DNA of 64,000 bases from Auanema rhodensis (lineage: Eukaryota; Animalia; Nematoda): assembly GCA_964057225.1 (NCBI GenBank), contig OZ059894.1, forward strand, positions 19,158,001-19,222,000, read 5' to 3'. The position numbers were made by a program, and so were the translations under genes. Shown here piece after piece: positions 1 to 10,300 of the stretch (within the stretch, counting starts at the first letter, position 1; each line of letters starts with the position of its first letter). A model generated the notes under the pieces. The model did no database searches. It saw only the letters and a program-made list of their open reading frames with translations, and was not told where the DNA came from.

Positions 1-69
1 CTATACTACATTAAGAAACGCTTAATACAAAAATTAGTTATGATCGTTTGAAAAATGATGCATTAGTGT

Positions 70-97
70 ATGTTGAGTTTCCATGTACACTCAACAT
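70..97. other. Hairpin H1 (monomer positions 70-97, present in every monomer): perfect 9-bp inverted repeat with a 10-nt loop
   Basis: ATGTTGAGT-ttccatgtac-ACTCAACAT; the arms are exact reverse complements. Confidence 0.95.
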
Positions 98-247
98 TGC
101 TTCCAAAAACATTTTGACAAAAGTTTTTTCGAAAAATTTCAGAATAATTTAGCAAAAAGTAGATGTTTTTAGATTCCTTTTTTCAAGGCAAAGACGATGG
201 ACAATGTTATTCAACGAAAAAATTAATTCTTCAGGGTGAAAATCGAG

Positions 248-269
248 GATATAAGTGTGAACTTATATC
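248..269 (+). other. Hairpin H3 (monomer positions 248-269): perfect 9-bp stem with a GTGA tetraloop
   Basis: GATATAAGT-gtga-ACTTATATC. It can be extended by CGAG (244-247) pairing with CTCG (279-282). An overlapping alternative is ATATCA-gt-TGATAT (265-278). Confidence 0.95.
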
Positions 270-279
270 AGTTGATATC

Positions 280-346
280 TCGGTGCATTTTTAAGCTAGC
301 GCAAATCTGATAACACAGATCGACGCAGCTTAAAAATCCGCATCGA
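280..346 (+). other. Hairpin H4 (monomer positions 280-346): 67-nt imperfect stem-loop with 26 base pairs
   Basis: TCGGTGC-ATTTTTAAGCT-a-GCG-caa-ATCTG-[ataaca]-CAGAT-cga-CGC-AGCTTAAAAAT-cc-GCATCGA. Helices are 7 bp (one G.T), 11, 3 and 5 bp. Confidence 0.92.
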
Positions 347-461
347 ATGCACTATACTACATTGAGAAACGCTTAATACAAAAATTAGTTATGATCGTTT
401 GAAAAATGATGCATTAGTGTATGTTGAGTTTCCATGTACACTCAACATTGCTTCCAAAAAC

Positions 462-496
462 ATTTTGACAAAAATTTTTTCGAAAAATTTCAAAAT
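462..496. other. Dyad H2 (monomer positions 111-145): A/T-tract quasi-palindrome centred on TTCGAA
   Basis: ATTTTGAcaaaAAtTTTTTC|GAAAAATTTCAAAAT has a perfect 12-bp core TTTTTCGAAAAA plus outer ATTTTGA/TCAAAAT arms. Shown for monomer 2. Confidence 0.85.
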
Positions 497-1979
497 AAAT
501 TAGCAAAAAGTAGATGTTTTTAGATTCCTTTTTTCAAGACAAAGACGATGGACAATGTTATTCAACGAAAAAATTAATTCTTCAGGGTGAAAATCGAGGA
601 TATAAGTGTGAACTTATATCAGTTGATATCTCGGTGCATTTTTAAGCTAGCGCAAATCTGATAACACAGATCGACGCAGCTTAAAAATCCGCATCGAATG
701 CACTATACTACATTGAGAAACGCTTAATAAAAAATTAGTTATGATCGTTTGAAAAATGATCCATTAGTGTATGTTGAGTTTCCATGTACACTCAACATTG
801 CTTCCAAAAACATTTTGAAAAAAATTTTTTCGAAAAATTTCAAAATAATTTAGCAAAAAGTAGATGTTTTTAGATTCCTTTTTTCAAGGCAAAAACGATG
901 GACAATGTTATTCAACGAAAAAATTAATTCTTCAGGGTGAAAATCGAGGATATAAGTGTGAACTTATATCAGTTGATATCTCGGTGCATTTTTAAGCTAG
1001 CGCAAATCTGATAACACAGATCGACGCAGCTTACAAATCCGCATCGAATGCACTATACTACATTGAGAAACGCTTAATACAGAAATTAGTTATGATCGTT
1101 TGAAAAATGATGCATTAGTGTATGTTGAGTTTCCATGTACACTCAACATTGCTTCCAAAAACATTTTGACAAAAATTTTTTCGAAAAATTTCAAAATAAA
1201 TTAGCAAAAAGTAGATGTTTTTAGATTTCTTTTTTCAAGACAAAGACGATGGACAATGTTATTCAACGAAAAAATTAATTCTTCAGGGTGAAAATCGAGG
1301 ATATAAGTGTGAACTTATATCAGTTGATATCTCGGTGCATTTTTAAGCTAGCGCAAATCTGATAACACAGATCGACGCAGCTTAAAAATCCGCATCGAAT
1401 GCACTATACTACATTGAGAAACGCTTAATACAAAAATTAGTTATGATCGTTTGAAAAATGATCCATTAGTGTATGTTGAGTTTCCATGTACACTCAACAT
1501 TGCTTCCAAAAACATTTTGAAAAAAATTTTTTCGAAAAATTTCAAAATAATTTAGCAAAAAGTAGATGTTTTTAGATTCCTTTTTTCAAGGCAAAAATCG
1601 ATGGACAATGTTATTCAACGAAAAAATTAATTCTTCAGGGTGAAAATCGAGGATATAAGTGTGAACTTATATCAGTTGATATCTCGGTGCATTTTTAAGC
1701 TAGCGCAAATCTGATAACACAGATCGCCGCAGCTTAAAAATCCGCATCGAATGCACTATACTACATTGAGAAACGCTTAATACAAAAATTAGTTATGATC
1801 GTTTGAAAAATGATCCATTAGTGTATGTTGAGTTTCCATGTACACTCAACATTGCTTCCAAAAACATTTTGACAAAAATTTTTTCGAAAAATTTCAAAAT
1901 AATTTAGCAAAAAGTAAATGTTTTTAGATTCCTTTTTTCAAGGCAAAGACGATGGACAATGTTATTCAACGAAAAAATT

Positions 1980-2189
1980 AATTCTTCAGGGTGAAAATCG
2001 AGGATATAAGTGTGAACTTATATCAGTTGATATCTCGGTGCATTTTTAAGCTAGCGCAAATCTGATAACACAGATCGACGCAGCAATTCTTCAGGGTGAA
2101 AATCGAGGATATAAGTGTGAACTTATATCAGTTGATATCTCGGTGCATTTTTAAGCTAGCGCAAATCTGATAACACAGATCGACGCAGC
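1980..2189. repeat. 105-bp intra-monomer tandem duplication (1980-2084 copied at 2085-2189), equivalent to a 246-bp deletion from a dimer
   Basis: Junction ...GATCGACGCAGC|AATTCTTCAGGG... at 2084/2085. The monomer starting at 1756 is 456 bp long (351+105). Confidence 0.97.
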
Positions 2190-4316
2190 TTAAAAATCCG
2201 CATCAAATGCACTATACTACATTGAGAAACGCTTAATACAAAAATTAGTTATGATCGTTTGAAAAATGATGCATTAGTGTATGTTGAGTTTCCATGTACA
2301 CTCAACATTGCTTCCAAAAACATTTTGACAAAAATTTTTTCGAAAAATTTCAAAATAATTTAGCAAAAAGTAGATGTTTTTAGATTCCAATTTTAAGGTA
2401 AAGACGATGGACAATGTTATTCAACGAAAAAATTAATTCTTCAGGGTGAAAATCGAGGATATAAGTGTGAACTTATATCAGTTGATATCTCGGTGCATTT
2501 TTAAGCTAGCGCAAATCTGATAACACAGATCGACGCAGCTTAAAAATCCGCATCGAATGCACTATACTACATTGAGAAACGCTTAATACAAAAATTAGTT
2601 ATGATCGTTTGAAAAATGATCCATTAGTGTATGTTGAGTTTCCATGTACACTCAAAATTGCTTCCAAAAACATTTTGACAAAAATTTTTTCGAAAAATTT
2701 CAAAATAAATTAGCAAAAAGTAGATGTTTTTAGATTTCTTTTTTCGAGGCAAAGACGATGGACAATGTTATTCAACGAAAAAATTAATTCTTCAGGGTGA
2801 AAATCGAGGATATAAGTGTGAACTTATATCAGTTGATATCTCGGTGCATTTTTAAGCTAGCGCAAATCTGATAACACAGATCGACGCAGCTTAAAAATCC
2901 GCATCGAATGCACTATACTACATTGAGAAACGCTTAATACAAAAATTAGTTATGATCGTTTGAAAAATGATCCATTAGTGTATGTTGAGTTTCCATGTAC
3001 ACTCAACATTGCTTCCAAAAACATTTTGACAAAAATTTTTTCGAAAAATTTCAAAATAAATTAGCAAAAAGTAGATGTTTTTAGATTTCTTTTTTCAAGG
3101 CAAAGACGATGGACAATGTTATTCAACGAAAAAATTAATTCTTCAGGGTGAAAATCGAGGATATAAGTGTGAACTTATATCAGTTGATATCTCGGTGCAT
3201 TTTTAAGCTAGCGCAAATCTGATAACACAGATCGACGCAGCTTACAAATCCGCATCGAATGCACTATACTACATTGAGAAACGCTTAATACAAAAATTAG
3301 TTATGATCGTTTGAAAAATGATGCATTAGTGTATGTTGAGTTTCCATGTACACTCAACATTGCTTCCAAAAACATTTTGACAAAAATTTTTTCGAAAAAT
3401 TTCAAAATAATTTAGCAAAAAGTAGATGTTTTTAGATTCCTTTTTTTAAGGCAAAGACGATGGACAATGTTATTCAACGAAAAAATTAATTCTTCAGGGT
3501 GAAAATCGAGGATATAAGTGTGAACTTATATCAGTTGATATCTCGGTGCATTTTTAAGCTAGCGCAAATCTGATAACACAGATCGACGCATCTTAAAAAT
3601 CCGCATCAAATGCACTATACTACATTGAGAAACGCTTAATACAAAAATTAGTTATGATCGTTTGAAAAATGATCCATTAGTGTATGTTGAGTTTCCATGT
3701 ACACTCAACATTGCTTCCAAAAACATTTTGACAAAAATTTTTTCGAAAAATTTCAAAATAAATTAGCAAAAAGTAGATGTTTTTAGATTTCTTTTTTCAA
3801 GGCAAAGACGATGGACAATGTTATTCAACGAAAAAATTAATTCTTCAGGGTGAAAATCGAGGATATAAGTGTGAACTTATATCAGTTGATATCTCGGTGC
3901 ATTTTTAAGCTAGCGCAAATCTGATAACACAGATCGACGCAGCTTAAAAATCCGCATCGAATGCACTATACTACATTGAGAAACGCTTAATACAAAAATT
4001 AGTTATGATCGTTTGAAAAATGATCCATTAGTGTATGTTGAGTTTCCATGTACACTCAACATTGCTTCCAAAAACATTTTGACAAAAATTTTTTCGAAAA
4101 ATTTCAAAATAAATTAGCAAAAAGTAGATGTTTTTAGATTTCTTTTTTCAAGGCAAAGACGATGGACAATGTTATTCAACGAAAAAATTAATTCTTCAGG
4201 GTGAAAATCGAGGATATAAGTGTGAACTTATATCAGTTGATATCTCGGTGCATTTTTAAGCTAGCGCAAATCTGATAACACAGATCGACGCAGCTTACAA
4301 ATCCGCATCGAATGCA

Positions 4317-7300
4317 CTATACTACATTGAGAAACGCTTAATACAAAAATTAGTTATGATCGTTTGAAAAATGATGCATTAGTGTATGTTGAGTTTCCAT
4401 GTACACTCAACATTGCTTCCAAAAACATTTTGACAAAAATTTTTTCGAAAAATTTCAAAATAATTTAGCAAAAAGTAGATGTTTTTAGATTCCATTTTTC
4501 AAGGCAAAGACGATGGACAATGTTATTCAACGAAAAAATTAATTCTTCAGGGTGAAAATCGAGGATATAAGTGTGAACTTATATCAGTTGATATCTCGGT
4601 GCATTTTTAAGCTAGCGCAAATCTGATAACACAGATCGACGCAGCTTAAAAATCCGCATCGAATGCACTATACTACGTTGAGAAACGCTTAATACACAAA
4701 TTAGTTATGATCGTTTGAAAAATGATGCATTAGTGTATGTTGAGTTTCCATGTACACTCAACATTGCTTCCAAAAACATTTTGACAAAAATTTTTTCGAA
4801 AAATTTCAAAATAATTTAGCAAAAAGTAGATGTTTTTAGATTCCATTTTTCAAGGCAAAGACGATGGACAATGTTATTCAACGAAAAAATTAATTCTTCA
4901 GGGTGAAAATCGAGGATATAAGTGTGAACTTATATCAGTTGATATCTCGGTGCATTTTTAAGCTAGCGCAAATCTGATAACACAGATCGACGCAGCTTAA
5001 AAATCCGCATCGAATGCACTATACTACATTGAGAAACGCTTAATACAAAAATTAGTTATGATCGTTTGAAAAATGATGCATTAGTGTATGTTGAGTTTCC
5101 ATGTACACTCAACATTGCTTCCAAAAACATTTTGACAAAAATTTTTTCGAAAAATTTCAAAATAATTTAGCAAAAAGTAGATGTTTTTAGATTCCATTTT
5201 TTAAGGTAAAGACGATGGACAATGTTATTCAACGAAAAAATTAATTCTTCAGGGTGAAAATCGAGGATATAAGTGTGAACTTATATCAGTTGATACCTCG
5301 GTGCTTTTTTAAGCTAGCGCAAATCTGATAACACAGATCGACGCAGCTTAAAAATCCGCATCGAATGCACTATACTACATTGAGAAACGCTTAATACAAA
5401 AATTAGTTATGATCGTTTGAAAAATGATGCATTAGTGTATGTTGAGTTTCCATGTACACTCAACATTGCTTCCAAAAACATTTTGACAAAAATTTTTTCG
5501 AAAAATTTCAAAATAATTTAGCAAAAAGTAGATGTTTTTAGATTCCATTTTTTAAGGTAAAGACGATGGACAATGTTATTCAACGAAAAAATTAATTCTT
5601 CAGGGTGAAAATCGAGGATATAAGTGTGAACTTATATCAGTTGATATCTCGGTGCATTTTTAAGCTAGCGCAAATCTGATAACACAGATCGACGCAGCTT
5701 AAAAATCCGCATCGAATGCACTATACTACATTGAGAAACGCTTAATACAAAAATTAGTTATGATCGTTTGAAAAATGATGCATTAGTGTATGTTGAGTTT
5801 CCATGTACACTCAACATTGCTTCCAAAAACATTTTGACAAAAATTTTTTCGAAAAATTTCAAAATAATTTAGCAAAAAATAGATGTTTTTAGATTCCATT
5901 TTTTAAGGTAAAGACGATGGACAATGTTATTCAACGAAAAAATTAATTCTTCAGGGTGAAAATCGAGGATATAAGTGTGAACTTATATCAGTTGATATCT
6001 CGGTGCATTTTTAAGCTAGCGCAAATCTGATAACACAGATCGACGCAGCTTAAAAATCCGCATCGAATGCACTATACTACATTGAGAAACGCTTAATACA
6101 AAAATTAGTTATGATCGTTTGAAAAATGATGCATTAGTGTATGTTGAGTTTCCATGTACACTCAACATTGCTTCCAAAACATTTTGACAAAAATTTTTTC
6201 GAAAAATTTCAAAATAATTTAGCAAAAAGTAGATGTTTTTAGATACCATTTTTCAAGGCAAAGACGATGGACAATGTTATTCAACGAAAAAATTAATTCT
6301 TCAGGGTGAAAATCGAGGATATAAGTGTGAACTTATATCAGTTGATATCTCGGTGCATTTTTAAGCTAGCGCAAATCTGTTAACACAGATCGACGCAGCT
6401 TAAAAATCCGCATCGAATGCACTATACTACGTTGAGAAACGCTTAATACACAAATTAGTTATGATCGTTTGAAAAATGATGCATTAGTGTATGTTGAGTT
6501 TCCATGTACACTCAACATTGCTTCCAAAAACATTTTGACAAAAATTTTTTCGAAAAATTTCAAAATAATTTAGCAAAAAGTAGATGTTTTTAGATTCCAT
6601 TTTTCAAGGCAAAGACGATGGACAATGTTATTCAACGAAAAAATTAATTCTTCAGGGTGAAAATCGAGGATATAAGTGTGAACTTATATCAGTTGATATC
6701 TCGGTGCATTTTTAAGCTAGCGCAAATCTGATAACACAGATCGACGCAGCTTAAAAATCCGCATCGAATGCACTATACTACATTGAGAAACGCTTAATAC
6801 ACAAATTAGTTATGATCGTTTGAAAAATGATGCATTAGTGTATGTTGAGTTTCCATGTACACTCAACATTGCTTCCAAAAACATTTTGACAAAAATTTTT
6901 TCGAAAAATTTCAAAATAATTTAGCAAAAAGTAGATGTTTTTAGATTCCATTTTTCAAGGCAAAGACGATGGACAATGTTATTCAACGAAAAAATTAATT
7001 CTTCAGGGTGAAAATCGAGGATATAAGTGTGAACTTATATCAGTTGATATCTCGGTGCATTTTTAAGCTAGCGCAAATCTGTTAACACAGATCGACGCAG
7101 CTTAAAAATCCGCATCGAATGCACTATACTACATTGAGAAACGCTTAATACACAAATTAGTTATGATCGTTTGAAAAATGATGCATTAGTGTATGTTGAG
7201 TTTCCATGTACACTCAACATTGCTTCCAAAAACATTTTGACAAAAATTTTTTCGAAAAATTTCAAAATAATTTAGCAAAAAGTAGATGTTTTTAGATTCC

Positions 7301-10300
7301 ATTTTTCAAGGCAAAGACGATGGACAATGTTATTCAACGAAAAAATTAATTCTTCAGGGTGAAAATCGAGGATATAAGTGTGAACTTATATCAGTTGATA
7401 TCTCGGTGCATTTTTAAGCTAGCGCAAATCTGTTAACACAGATCGACGCAGCTTAAAAATCCGCATCGAATGCACTATACTACGTTGAGAAACGCTTAAT
7501 ACACAAATTAGTTATGATCGTTTGAAAAATGATGCATTAGTGTATGTTGAGTTTCCATGTACACTCAACATTGCTTCCAAAAACATTTTGACAAAAATTT
7601 TTTCGAAAAATTTCAAAATAATTTAGCAAAAAGTAGATGTTTTTAGATTCCATTTTTCAAGGCAAAGACGATGGACAATGTTATTCAACGAAAAAATTAA
7701 TTCTTCAGGGTGAAAATCGAGGATATAAGTGTGAACTTATATCAGTTGATATCTCGGTGCATTTTTAAGCTAGCGCAAATCTGATAACACAGATCGACGC
7801 AGCTTAAAAATCCGCATCGAATGCACTATACTACATTGAGAAACGCTTAATACACAAATTAGTTATGATCGTTTGAAAAATGATGCATTAGTGTATGTTG
7901 AGTTTCCATGTACACTCAACATTGCTTCCAAAAACATTTTGACAAAAATTTTTTCGAAAAATTTCAAAATAATTTAGCAAAAAGTAGATGTTTTTAGATT
8001 CCATTTTTCAAGGCAAAGACGATGGACAATGTTATTCAACGAAAAAATTAATTCTTCAGGGTGAAAATCGAGGATATAAGTGTGAACTTATATCAGTTGA
8101 TATCTCGGTGCATTTTTAAGCTAGCGCAAATCTGATAACACAGATCGACGCAGCTTAAAAATCCGCATCGAATGCACTATACTACATTGAGAAACGCTTA
8201 ATACACAAATTAGTTATGATCGTTTGAAAAATGATGCATTAGTGTATGTTGAGTTTCCATGTACACTCAACATTGCTTCCAAAAACATTTTGACAAAAAT
8301 TTTTTCGAAAAATTTCAAAATAATTTAGCAAAAAGTAGATGTTTTTAGATTCCATTTTTCAAGGCAAAGACGATGGACAATGTTATTCAACGAAAAAATT
8401 AATTCTTCAGGGTGAAAATCGAGGATATAAGTGTGAACTTATATCAGTTGATATCTCGGTGCATTTTTAAGCTAGCGCAAATCTGTTAACACAGATCGAC
8501 GCAGCTTAAAAATCCGCATCGAATGCACTATACTACGTTGAGAAACGCTTAATACACAAATTAGTTATGATCGTTTGAAAAATGATGCATTAGTGTATGT
8601 TGAGTTTCCATGTACACTCAACATTGCTTCCAAAAACATTTTGACAAAAATTTTTTCGAAAAATTTCAAAATAATTTAGCAAAAAGTAGATGTTTTTAGA
8701 TTCCATTTTTCAAGGCAAAGACGATGGACAATGTTATTCAACGAAAAAATTAATTCTTCAGGGTGAAAATCGAGGATATAAGTGTGAACTTATATCAGTT
8801 GATATCTCGGTGCATTTTTAAGCTAGCGCAAATCTGATAACACAGATCGACGCAGCTTAAAAATCCGCATCGAATGCACTATACTACATTGAGAAACGCT
8901 TAATACAAAAATTAGTTATGATCGTTTAAAAAATGATGCATTAGTGTATGTTGAGTTTCCATGTACACTCAACATTGCTTCCAAAAACATTTTGACAAAA
9001 ATTTTTTCGAAAAATTTCAAAATAATTTAGCAAAAAGTAGATGTTTTTAGATTCCATTTTTCAAGGCAAAGACGATGGACAATGTTATTCAACGAAAAAA
9101 TTAATTCTTCAGGGTGAAAATCGAGGATATAAGTGTGAACTTATATCAGTTGATATCTCGGTGCATTTTTAAGCTAGCGCAAATCTGATAACACAGATCG
9201 ACGCAGCTTAAAAATCCGCATCGAATGCACTATACTACATTGAGAAACGCTTAATACAAAAATTAGTTATGATCGTTTGAAAAATGATGCATTAGTGTAT
9301 GTTGAGTTTCCATGTACACTCAACATTGCTTCCAAAAGATTTTGACAAAAATTTTTTCAAAAAATTTCAAAATAAATTAGCAAAAAGTAGATGTTTTTAG
9401 ATTCCTTTTTTCAAGGCAAAGACGATGGACAATGTTATTCAACGAAAAAATTAATTCTTCAGGGTGAAAATCGAGGATATAAGTGTGAACTTATATCAGT
9501 TGATATCTCGGTGCATTTCTAAGCTAGCGCAAATCTGTTAACACAGATCGACGCAGCTTAAAAATCCGCATCGAATGCACTATACTACGTTGAGAAACGC
9601 TTAATACAAAAATTAGTTATGATCGTTTGAAAAATGATGCATTAGTGTATGTTGAGTTTCCATGTACACTCAACATTGCTTCCAAAAACATTTTGACAAA
9701 AATTTTTTCGAAAAATTTCAAAATAATTTAGCAAAAAGTAGATGTTTTTAGATTCCATTTTTCAAGGCAAAGACGATGGACAATGTTATTCAACGAAAAA
9801 ATTAATTCTTCAGGGTGAAAATCGAGGATATAAGTGTGAACTTATATCAGTTGATACCTCGGTGCTTTTTTAAGCTAGCGCAAATCTGATAACACAGATC
9901 GACGCAGCTTAAAAATCCGCATCGAATGCACTATACTACATTGAGAAACGCTTAATACAAAAATTAGTTATGATCGTTTGAAAAATGATGCATTAGTGTA
10001 TGTTGAGTTTCCATGTACACTCAACATTGCTTCCAAAAACATTTTGACAAAAATTTTTTCGAAAAATTTCAAAATAATTTAGCAAAAAGTAGATGTTTTT
10101 AGATTCCATTTTTTAAGGTAAAGACGATGGACAATGTTATTCAACGAAAAAATTAATTCTTCAGGGTGAAAATCGAGGATATAAGTGTGAACTTATATCA
10201 GTTGATATCTCGGTGCATTTTTAAGCTAGCGCAAATCTGATAACACAGATCGACGCAGCTTAAAAATCCGCATCGAATGCACTATACTACATTGAGAAAC

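Larger units (their letters stand above)
1..4316. repeat. Variant domain A (heterogeneous)
   Basis: Markers are GATCCATT, ATAAATTAG, TTCCTT/TTTCTT, CTTACAAAT, ACAGAAATT and CTCAAAATT. It has several indel monomers (350, 352, 456 bp). Confidence 0.8.

Noticed and set aside
127-143. CENP-B box-like motif (TTCG....A)
   Set aside because: It matches only the TTCG and A positions; the required CGGG is absent on both strands.
181-234. Hammerhead ribozyme core on the minus strand (CUGAAGA, reverse complement of TCTTCAG at 228-234, with a downstream GAAA), as in newt, cricket and schistosome satellites or retrozymes
   Set aside because: No credible stem II forms between CUGAAGA and GAAA, and I could not build stems I and III with an NUH site. 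The motif is freely mutated in many monomers. The plus-strand CUGAUAA (307-313) lacks the conserved G8. An Infernal or RNAMotif search would settle it.
280-346. Rho-independent terminator or Helitron 3' end reading of the hairpins
   Set aside because: There is no GC-rich stem followed by a U-tract and no gene context. CTAT follows H4 rather than the canonical CTRR, and the hairpin geometry does not match, so support is insufficient.
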